A DNA stretch of 64,000 bases from NCBI GenBank assembly GCA_030141605.1, contig JAQGDQ010000548.1, positions 81,074 through 145,073 of the forward strand, written 5' to 3'. The DNA comes from Tubiluchus corallicola (lineage: Eukaryota; Animalia; Priapulida). The notes under the pieces were generated by a model. It was not told the DNA's origin. It saw only the letters and a program-made list of their open reading frames with translations, and made no database searches. Shown here one piece after another: positions 12,821-24,443 of the stretch. The position numbers and the translations under genes are program-made. How positions within the stretch are numbered: the stretch's first letter is position 1; the number at the start of each line of letters is the position of its first letter.

Positions 12821-14250
12821 ATGGAATTACAATGTGTATCTATTGGTCTCGAAGAGGCCAAAAGACCATTGAAATTCCATCTTTCTGAAGGAAGAGTCAC
12901 TCAAGTAATTAAATTTGAGTATCTAATCCCTTTTAACAACATTGTAACTGCTAGATCAGACGCCGGATGGCCAGCTCAAGCCGTGAATGCTAGAACTAGT
13001 AACGATGAAATATGCTCTACTGGAGAGATTGGGCGAGGCTGGGGCAATTGCTGCTTCCTGTTTGGAACAGGTTTGACACAAACATGTCTATTGCCAACAA
13101 CGGTGTCTAGATCAGCACTAGAATATGCCTGGATCTTCTGAATACATGACATGGAGATGACAGCAGCATTTACTGTAGGAACCAATCATGATAAAGGAGA
13201 TACTAGATCCATGGGCAAAATATCACAGAATGGGGAAGACAAGATGGTGCTATGTACTAGAGTAGGAAATGGTAATTGGAAGCATAATGATACAGAGTGT
13301 GAGGTGGCAGAAGGCCAGAAAATAGTTATGCATAAAGGAAAAACTAGCACTATCATTACCTTAACAGGACTAGCAAGAATGGTAGTTGATTGCGATGTAA
13401 AGGAACACGACTCACATAATAATGTATACCTTATAGTGTACGAAAAAGAAGAAGCCACAGGGGGACTGGACAGATAAGGGTAAGGTAGATGGTCCAGCAA
13501 CAACATTGGATCTGCCATATGTCACAGAATTAGGTGGAAAGCTGCACTATGCAGAAAGACTGATAAAATGGGGAGAAGTTGATATTAATTCCATTCACTA
13601 TTGGATAAGAGAAGTGAGCGGGAGAGAATTAAACCATAAGCTGAAGACTAATGGAAGAGTAAAACTGGAGGCATTGCATGTATCAGTAACGATGGTATGC
13701 AGACTAGGCATCAAGCCAGTTAAATTAAATTTGGCCACAGTGAATGAAAGTGATAAGGATGAACCAATTAGGATAAGTACATATTTGAAAGAGGATTGTA
13801 CTTTAGTGGTAACATCAACAACTTGTCATGTTTCTCCTCAAACAGTAACTTACTCATCCATAAATACAATTGAGAAAATCATTAAGGTTGGCTGTCCAAC
13901 ATCAACCGGAAAGGTATGTGTTGGAACAAATTGTGTTAAGGTAGGTACTGATAAAATGTGGTTAAATTGGGCTTCACATTATGTAGAATCATGGAGACGC
14001 TATTCTACGGCAGTGACACAGGATCCTACAGCTGGACTTGGTGCTTTTGGAGGAGGATTAGTTAAAGGAATGAAAAGAACAGTCAGTGATATACTCAAAA
14101 GTATAGGATTTGATAGTTCTTTTAAGAATAGGATTAATAGTAGTAGGCTACTTTGTGTGCACTAGAATGTAGAATGATAAAGGAGCCATGCTAGGTATAG
14201 GGCTAATGGTACTTGGAGTGACGAGTTTTATACCAGGAGTAATGACTCAA
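12821..14250 (+). pseudogene. Endogenous flavivirus-like element 1: envelope (E) class II fusion glycoprotein, disrupted
   Basis: ICSTGEIGRGWGNCCFLFGTGLTQTC aligns gap-free to orthoflavivirus C92-DRGWGNGCGLFGKG-C116. It continues through an in-frame TGA (13139-41), two frameshifts and further stops, a stem-like LGAFGGGLVKGMKRTVSDILK, and two hydrophobic helices (LIVLLRIGLIVVGYFVC; MLGIGLMVLGVTSFIPGVMT). Confidence 0.88.
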
Positions 14251-15242
14251 TCTGTTGAGTTCAACAAAGAGGTTCAAAAACAACTGGATACTCTTTGGGA
14301 AGAACTTAAGAAAAAAGATGAAGCCATAAAAAGTAGGGATGATTTGTTGTATGATGGTGTATTGATGTGTTGTATGATGAGGGCATTTCCTGATGGTGTA
14401 CGACCTGGAGGACTTGGTTTTGTTCCACCACCTCTGGAGCATGCAATCTACCGGAATTTAGAAGACTTTGGCTGACGACATCTTGCCGCTTGCACTAAAT
14501 AGACGACGTTAGTAAAGTTTTTTTTATAATTATTAAATGTCAACCGTAATTAAGAATTAACATTAACACTTTCATGTAATTATACAATTAGTCTTTTTCA
14601 GCCACTCTAGGTTCTACTGCACAGACTGGTTGGTGCTTGGAATCTGAAAATCAGTGCTGAATATTTCAGTCGAAGCATCTGTAATATTTTTCATAATGAA
14701 ATCACCTCTTTTGTTGTCTTAATTTTTCGTACGGAGGTCTTAGATGATTTGAAATATAATCTTGAGATGTTAGTTATGGAACAGAATAGAAATGTTTAGC
14801 GTGAAAGATCTTACTACTCGGTCTAACCGTTGCTTAACTTTAACACAGGCTAATGCTTGAAGCAGAGAATAACTTTGCAAAAACATCTAAATTTAATAAT
14901 TTAATCATTTTTTGATAACAGACTACAAGAAAGAAAATGGGAAGAGAAACAAGGTTGAAAAGGTCACATTTAGCCTGGATTCGAACCAGGGAAAACGTGA
15001 TTACAAGTATTTTGGTCTTGGCCAATAAGTCTTAAATATGCCATCTAATACAACATGTTCAACTGTCAGTTTACTTGAACTACAGAAATTAATTGAATTT
15101 CTTATCTGTTAGACCTAAGCTTTTGTAATAATTAATGTATTTCCAAAAAAATGTTAATAATGTCGGATTACTAGACGAATTGTTAGGATTAAAGACCTGC
15201 TTTGATAACTGCTAATTGTTCATTATATTTTTCTTATAATTA

Positions 15243-18200
15243 CAAGGCCGTAGTCGGCAGTCCGGCCATGGCTGGACCACTTTTTCTGCCATACGTGCCT
15301 AGACATCTCCCCTTCATTATTTATAATGACAACAATAAAGCACATAAAACGTTTCTATTCGATGCTAAAGGAAGCAATTTTGGTTTAGACTTCATTATTA
15401 TATCCAATCAGCAAACAGAAATTATATCCAATCAGCAAACAGAATAACGCACTCGTTTTTGTTACTCATTCTCAAAGCTGAAATACTAGCTGCCTATCAA
15501 ACTCTGTGATTATCGATTGCTTCTCTAGCTGGCAGTTAAAGTGTGTGTTTCGTCTCAGCCAGCTATATTATCTTTTCACTGGGTCAACTGTTGGATGTGA
15601 ATTTTATCTTTATTGTGAATTTATGTTTTTATGTGAATTTTATCTTTATTGTGAATTTATGTTTTTATGTGAATTCATCTATCATGGATATACCACCGGT
15701 TCCAAATCACATTTCCCCAACGCTCGTTTGGTCATAAAAACATTGTGCAAAGAAGTTTTCAGTCTTCCTGGTTTGCAAATAGAACGTGGTTGCATTATGA
15801 CGAAGCAAACGACCTTGCGTTTTGCCATGTATGCATTGTGATTCTTGTCAGGATACTACTAGTGATTCCGGCTACAAATTCTACAAGTGAAAGGACATTC
15901 TCAGCCCTGCGTAGAGTAAAAACTTATTTGCGTAGTACGATGACTCAAACTAGACTGAACAATCTCATGACTTTGCATGTACATATGGATAGAACAGACG
16001 CTCTCGACCTGAAGGAAATTGCGAACGAGTTTACTGCTAGAAATGAGCGGCGCAGATGTGTGTTTGGAAAGTTTTAATCAATCATGTCATCATTGAGTAT
16101 GTGTAGTGCTCTATTATATTATAACTCTGTATTATAAATTATACTTGATATATATAATTGATGACAATGACAGCAGTACTAACGAGGCAGATGACGCTGA
16201 ATATAGCTCGGTCAAAGAAATGAAAGCATTAGCTGTAAATTTAACCAAGAAGTCAAAAGATGTTGAAAAACTAAGGATAGTCATAAATGTTATGAGAGGA
16301 CATGACAATTCGCAGCAAATATTAGAAAAACTGGAAACAGTTAACAACTTGGTTGTAAACCTAGACAAAAAGATGTCACAAATAATATCAGGCCAAATTG
16401 GCAAACCTTTATATAGCAATGCAGTCAGAAAAAACCTGCCAAGGTCATTCTCTGAAACAGCCAAGACAAGTAACACTTCAAGTAACTCCTCGTCCATATA
16501 GGACCCTGATAAAACTGTCATTGTAGAAAATGTGAGCTAAAAACATCTCGTCAGTTCCAGCATTAACATTAAGAAGAATTTGTGTACACATTTTCCGAGA
16601 ACGAAATTTGATATTGCCTTCAGAACATCCAGAGGGAAAATTCAATTACAAGTCCCAGATAAAACAACAGCAAACGATATGATAAAGAACTGGAAGCCAG
16701 AATATATGGGAGGTGGTACTCGCGTAAGAAAGCCAGTATCTCCGCGTATGAGCGACGCAGAAACACGCGCTGATATTGAAAGATACTATGACATCATCCA
16801 GATTGAACGCTGCAAAAGAAAAGACGGGAAAAACTTGCCATTAGTGAAAGTTACGTTCCAGACAGGAGACGATCTCACAAAAGCAGTCCAGGAAAGCCTA
16901 CCAATCGGTCAAATGATGTGCTCGGTAGAAGAGTTTGCTCCTAAGAGAAGACCACTCAGATGTTTTAAGTGCCAGGGGTACAAACACATTGCGAAATGGT
17001 GTACTAGAGGCTCCAAATGTGGAAAATGCTCAGGAAAGCATGAATCAAACGAGTGTACTTCAGAACAGTTAAAGTGTGCAAACTGTGGCGAATCGCACGC
17101 GGCATGGGACAGAAGTTGTGAACTTTACGTAAATGAAGCCAAACGACTAAGCAATTACTCACCCTCTTTACCTACATCATTCATATGATAACATTCTCAT
17201 GTCCCGCTTGCGAGAAACCTGTTAAACATAACCAAAAGGCTCTAGGATATGACAACTGTTATAGGTGGATTCACCTAAGATGCTTACCGTTATCTGTTGA
17301 CGATCATAATGACCTGGCTACAGATGATAATGAATGGTTTTGCCATCTTTGTCTACAGTCTATTTTCCCATTTAATAATATACCAGATGACGAAGAATTT
17401 AAACATATTGCACGTTTTTCAAATATTGGTTCTATCTTGTGCGATTATAACTTAAATCTCTTTTGCACTGAATCAGATGATAGCAATAATATCACGAATA
17501 TGGCACATCCTGATTTAAATTTTTTTAATACACCAAACTTAATACCAAAAAGCAATTACTATGATGAAGATCAGTTCACATCTTTGTACAGTAACACTGA
17601 TTTCAATACACCACTGTCTATGATCCATGTTAATATTCGTAGCCTAAAAGCTAATTTTGATTATTTAAATGTATATTTAGAATCATTAACTATAAGTTTT
17701 TCAATTATTGCCTTATCAGAAACATGGCTCCAAGATGATTCAGGAGTAACCATTTTCCTGCCTGGATATGAATTTATAAATCGTAAACACAAATCTGGTG
17801 GTGGAGTCGGCTTGCTTATAAGGAAAGACATACCTTATACAGTGAGAAAAGACCTATGCCACATCAATGATCCAGACATAGAATCACTCTTCATTGAATT
17901 ACGCAGCAAGAATAAAAATACAATAATGGGAGTAATATATAGACCACCTGGTGAAAATCCTAACCATTTCACAGACAAAATACAGAACACTATGGCAATT
18001 GTTAATCGACAAAACAAACATATTTTCTTACTAGGAGACTATAATATAAATTTAATAAACCACGCTTCTCACAACGAAACCGGACACTTTTTAGACACAA
18101 TGCTGACCAATTATCTGTTTCCTACTGTTACAAGACCAACAAGAATTACGCCTTATTCAGCAACACTAATTGATAATATATTTACGAATGCACTAGATTA

Positions 18201-21200
18201 TAAGTATAAATCAGGTATTTTTCTAACAGATATAACAGATCACCTCCCAATTTTTTTAATTATTGATCTCAAAATTGAAACATACAGTAAGGAATACGTG
18301 CGCAAACATACTTATAATGTTCATATAAAAAACAAAATTATCCAAGATTTAAATCAATGTGACTGGTTAGATTTATATTCTGCAACTAATACCGAAGACG
18401 CATACAATTTATTTCATACTAAGCTTTCTGATATCTATAACAAACATATTAAACTACAGAAAAGCAATAACAATCATCAAGCAGCAAAAAACCTTGGATT
18501 ACTACAGCAATTTTAGTAAGGGTTAAGCGGAAAAATAAAATGTATCGTTCTCTGGTGAACAAGACAAATAATGACGTATCTGAAGTAGAATACAAACGAT
18601 ATAGAAATGAACTTAATACAGTTATAAAAGCATCAAAATGTCAGTATTATAGGGATAGATTGATGACAGTTAAAGATAACATAAAAAAGACATGGGATAC
18701 AATGAAAGAAATTATGCATAAAGAAAGGCAAAATCGACCCATTACGTTGTTCATAAACAATTAATTAAAAATAATGTAGAGGTGGCAAATGCTTTTAACG
18801 ATTACTTTGCCAATATTGGACCAATATTATCAGAACAAATTGAAAACACAAACATAAATCCATGTACATATCTTAAAGGTACCTACCGACAAAGCTTTTT
18901 TATTAGTGCAGTAACAGAAAATGATATAATAAATACTTGTAAATCGTTTAATCGGAATAAAGGTCCTGGTAAGGACAAAATGTTACCTAAAGTCGTAATA
19001 GACACCATTGACTACATCTGTAAACCTTTGCAATATTTAATTAATTTATCTTTTCTTACAGGTGAAATACCAACGAAATTGAAAGAATCAATTATTGTTC
19101 CTTTGTTTAAATCAGATGATCCCATGTCTCTGAACAATTATAGACCAGTGTCCTTATTGCCTTTTATATCAAAAATATTAGAAAAAGTTTTTTACAATCA
19201 GTTATCTCATTATTTAATAAAAAAAGAATTCTGAGTAATAAACAATTTGGTTTCAGAAAAGGTAGCTCCACTGAAATAGCCTTAACAAAAATTATAGAAA
19301 ATATCATTAATACTGTTGAAAACAATGGCACATCCTACGGAGTATTTTGCGACCTATCAAAAGCATTTGATACAGTAAACCATGACATTCTGCTAAATAA
19401 GTTGTACTATTACGGTATCAGAGGTTTGCCTCATATGTGGCTAAAGAATTATTTAACAGGGCGCACTCAGACAGTAAAATATAATAACGCTTTTTCAGAT
19501 GTAACACCAATCAAATGTGGCGTGCCCCAAGGCTCAGTCCTCGGGCCACTACTTTTTTTAATTTATATTAATGACATCAAATTTTGTGTTAAAAATCACA
19601 ATTTATTTCAGTTTGCTGATGATACAAGCATTTTTTTTAGCTTTCATAAAATAGAAACCAATAGACTACATAAATACAGTTCTACATGATCTAGCTATAT
19701 GGTTCAAAACTAATAAACTTTCACTAAATTCATCAAAAACAAAATACATTCTGTTTAGATCCCGAAGTAAACCAATCCAGGCGAACCACGATTTAATAAT
19801 AGACCATAAAAGAATTACACGTGTAAAAGAACTGAAATTTCTGGGATTAATACTGAATGAGCATCTAGACTGGCGACCACATATTTTCATGATCAGATTA
19901 AAAATATCAAAAAATATAGGTATCATTTCATATATTAAAAACTTTCTGAACACCGACCATCTTCTAACATTATACAACAGTTTAATATTATCATATTTAA
20001 ATTACTGCACAACATTATGGGGCTTTACTTATACTACAAATTTAGAATGCTTAAGAGTTTTACAACGAAAATTTTTACGTGTCATCTTCAAACTAGACAA
20101 AAGGAGCACAATTACTACTACACATTTTAAGCAATGTCAAATATTACTTCTGGATGATGTCATTAATTTTAATGGATGTATATACATGTATAGAACAAAC
20201 AACAACTTATTTCCAACTTTTTTTGAAAATCCAGTCAAGATAAATGTAAAAAAATACAATACCAGACATAATGAATATATACCAAGACGTTGTAGAACAA
20301 ATATGGCGAAACACTTCATTAGCTATATGGGACCAGTCCTATGGAACAGACTAAGCCGCAATTCGAAATGTAGTCACTCCCTTTTAACTTTTAAAAAAAC
20401 CGTCAGAAAAGAAATATTTCAAAAGTATTAAGAGTAACACAATTTTAGGCTCAAACTGTATACATCAAAAAATTATTCTGTAATGAAATTTGCACATTAT
20501 GGTCTATATATAAGTAACTGTGGTAAATACAGTTGTATTTTATATATTATATATGAAGTGTATTTATGTGTGTAAAATGTATTGTACTTCTGCAAATTGA
20601 GAATAAAATTTGAATTTGAATTTGAATTTGAAAATTTGAAAAAAAAAGAAATGAAACAGTTTTCGCAAGCAGTAAGAAGTAATTGTATACATATGCTACA
20701 TCAACAACTTTGCAAAACTATATTGTCGCAATCAGCTTAACGCTTAAGTAAGAAGAAGTAAATTCGTTTTGGCACATTTGAGTGTGCCGCCTCTTTTGCA
20801 CATTGCTCCGTTTGGTTGCTATGGCTTGTTAATATTATTAAAATTTTAATGCAAATCTAATCCCTACATCTTGTCATTCACCATTGTTTCTCATCATATC
20901 ATTACACTTATTACCTTACAGGCTTTCCTTCCTTTTATCTTGAAACTTTGTTATTCCATTTTGCCTATTCAGCTCAGACCTTACAAGTTCATCTTCTGAT
21001 CTGAGCCGATAATTGACTGCGCTGAATTAATCAATTGTTTGGCTATATTTCATCTATTATTTTCAAATTGTGAATTTTTGTGTAAGATATTGTAAAATTG
21101 TACTTGGCTTTTGGAATAAATAAATTATATTATATATTATTATATTAATATACTCTTCTGTATGTTGCTGCTGTATTCTTCTTCTACCTGTTCCGTATCT

Positions 21201-21238
21201 GTGGTCGGACCACTTTTCAAAAGCCGACTACGGCCCTG
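15243..21238 (+). mobile_element. Internally deleted hAT transposon (hAT5-like, 5-bp TSD) containing a nested LINE
   Basis: 16-bp TIRs ca(a/g)ggccgtagtcggc; flanked by AATTA on both sides, single AATTA at the paralogous empty site (~27539). ORF 15745-16077 fuses a TTF-type zinc finger (FQSSWF..WLHY....AFCHVC) directly to the hAT dimerisation domain (PATNSTSERTFSALRRVKTYLRSTM). Confidence 0.85.
16160..20640 (+). mobile_element. Non-LTR retrotransposon, CR1/L2 group (Crack-like), near full length, frameshifted
   Basis: ORF1 with three CCHC knuckles (16580-17188); ORF2 with PHD finger, APE endonuclease (NIRSL, SETWL, GDYN, TDHLPI) and RT (NYRPVSLL, DLSKAFD, GVPQGSVLGPLLF, FADDT); 3' AATAAA plus (TTTGAA)n tail. 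Confidence 0.93.
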
Positions 21239-24200
21239 AATTAACGCGATGACATAGTAAGTCCTATTACTTCATAATAAGTCACATTTTAAAGCATAAC
21301 TTTATGAAGTTCAGCAATAGTGAAATTGCTTTGTTAATTTCAGAATCAAGATGATGAGTGATTACTTTCTGTTTTGTTTAGATGCAATTGTAGAACCTAT
21401 AGGCAACGATTCAAGAATACGACCACCAGCGTTATTTCATGATCCCTATGAACTTGATGGAGCTGATCGGTATGCGGCGCACTGGCTGGATCCACATTCT
21501 GATGATGACAGGGAGATGGAGGAACTGAGGGCTGCCAGGCGTGTCCATTGGAAAGGAATGGTTCGCCATCGTCGGGCTGAGGGCACAGATTGGGTTTCTT
21601 ACGAGTACGTGCCACCGTTATCTCCTCGGCGACGAGAGGAGGAATCCGAGGATCATGATAGCGACTGGACGACACATCTGTTATTCCCCATCCTATGTGA
21701 ACAGTGATGTTTTCAGCAGCGATGAAGACTTAAAAAATATGGAAGAAATTAAGTATGTAATTTCTTGCTGTAACAAGGTTAAGGCATTTTCTTAAGTGCT
21801 TAGTTATTAGTGCTTAATTATTATAAAGTCTATGACTGCATCTGTATTGTAAGATATTCATTTACAGAAGGTAAACGACATACTACTAATACAACTTTAA
21901 TAAGCTAAAGTCTGCTTACTACACAGCTATGGTCAAAAAGAAATGCAGCATCACTCACAGTGGCAAAAGGTGGTTGAAAACTGTTCAATTTACTGAGCAT
22001 TACGAAACCCATTCGTTACATTAAGAAAAAACAAACCATGAAGCAATTTTGCTTGCTTGAATGCTAATTTTGCATCACAATTTTTACATACTTTCTGATA
22101 TTAAAATGTGTTTCTGTTTTTCAGTCGAAGGTGTGGAAATTGTACCGTGAGTGTAGTAGACGGGAAGGACGTCCTGGGTGGTTGTACGGGGCATGGCAAC
22201 CACATCCCAGGGAGATGTCGGCACTATGTAACGCGTAACTATCCGTGGCACCTACCTGGACAGAACAAATGACTCGAGAAACCAACAAAACTGCAACCGA
22301 GTTAACGATGATGTTATCACATTCGCTGGTCTAATAATAATTATGCTGTTAACTTAGGAAAGACCTTGGAAAACTGGGATCTGGTTGAGAATGTTGAAAG
22401 ATATGCATCAATGATATGGGGCATGGCAACCGTATCCCAGGAAGACGTCAGCACTATGTAACTCGTAACTGTCTGTGAGAGCAGGAAGAACCGATAGCAG
22501 CTCTGCCACCTCGTGTGACGAGGTAAGTGTAAAACTACACCTCTTGTAGCAGACATGACACAGTCGGCCATTATTATTTGAGAAAATGTCAGTTGTACGC
22601 CTTCTGTAAGAGACACAGTCAGCCATTACTCTCTGAGAAAATGTCAGGTGTACGCCTTCTGTAGGAGACCCGCCGACAAAATTAAATTAGTCTCATGCGT
22701 AAATGATTACACTTGATGGCTTTGACTTCATGACTTTTTCTAATTATGTGAGATGTATTTACGCCCCTAATGAATTTGAAAAATAATAGTGTATTTCATT
22801 GCTACCAGTATTTCTATAACTATCTACGTTGTGGGTACCATCATACCCATGCGTATATTTCGCATCAAACACGAAACAAACAAAATCGATAATTCTACCA
22901 CTCAGTCGAATAAACTGCTGACTCATGCGGGATAGTTATAAGAGTGTGTAAGACGTGCTTACAGTAGACTGAAATGCTGCATCGCTCACATACACAGTGA
23001 ACTGGTGAACGTAGTGAGCGAAATTCAGACAGCCAATCAACTCGGATTTACTGCCAGAAACAAGGGGTATTTAGCACAGTGTGTCTGTTGCTCGCAGCTC
23101 AGTTTGCAATTTGGAAGCTAAGTGACAGTCGATTAGCGCTAGTATGGATCACAGACAGAGACGTCGTCAATTCACGGCAGATGAGGCCGCTATAATTATG
23201 CAAAATTACGACTCAGACAATCCAGACGATGGCGATGATGACCAGTAGAGGCTGTAGTTGCTGAAACTGCATCAGACACAGAGGACGATAGTGACAGTGA
23301 AGCCACAGATGATCCGGAGCCACAGATTGCAGCTCCTTCAGGCAAGCAATGGAGAAGAATCGCTGTCAACGACAACAACGAACCTGGTAGAGCTCCTCAG
23401 CGAAATATCTTGCAGCACAATCCAGGTTTCAATCCGTCTCTACACCCCCAATCTCCTGAGGAATCGTTCAAAGTTTTCATCGAAAACATAATTCCTGATT
23501 TAGTTCGATACACTAATCTCGAAGCTCGACGAGTATCTGTGAACTCAGAATGGTTTCGTGACAATTGGATTGAATGTGATGAAATCGAACTCCTCGGATT
23601 ACATATTCTATGTGGTGTCTACAAGGCTCATTACCGCTGCATCTCAGAGCTTTTTCAAGAGCGCGATGGTATTCCTGCAATGTACGCAACAATGTCGAAG
23701 TAGTGAGCTTTGAAATGATCCAGCGAGTATTCCGTTGTGACGACCGTTTGAGACGAAATCGCGATGATCCCTTTTCTCCCATTCTAGAGGTTTGGAACAC
23801 TGCGATCTCTAGATTCAAGAACGTATACAAACCATCTCCTCACCTGACAATCGATGTGCAGTTAGTTGAGTTCTATGGGAGAGTGAAATTTCGTCAATAC
23901 ATACCTACAAAGCCAGGGAAGTATGGAATGAAGATCTTCTGGCTAGTAGACAACGACAACACATACGTACTCAATGGCGTTGCATACAGTGGTGCAGGAA
24001 CATTCCCCGATCCAGAATTCAACGAATATGATCTCTCTTCCAAATGCACCCTGACTATAGCCAAGCCTTTTTTTGGCTGTGGTGTTAACATCACAATGGA
24101 TAACTGGTTTACCAGCTCTCCTCTACTCACCAAACTTGAAGAGAAGAGAATCACAGCTGTTGGCACGGCGCGACACAATAGAAGAGACATTCCTGCCATT

Positions 24201-24443
24201 GCCAAGAGTACAGCTGGGAGAGATCATAGGTCAGCTGTGTACTATCAGAGTGGCTCCCAAATACTCATCTCATTCGTAGACCGAAAGAAGACGAAACCCG
24301 TATTACTTCTCAGCACGCTTCATCGCAATGCTCTACAGGCAGAGGTCAAGCCCGAGGTTGTTGAGTTCTACAATGCTACGAAGTCTGAAGTGGACAACCT
24401 TGACCATCTCGTTTGATTTTATTCTTGTAAGCGCTGTACACGC

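Larger units (their letters stand above)
14826..22410 (+). repeat. Segmental duplication, copy A (interrupted by the hAT+LINE insertion); paralogue at about 27144-29345
   Basis: 14826-15240, 21239-21930 and 22270-22410 match 27144-27540, 27540-28310 and 29205-29345 in order. Confidence 0.85.
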
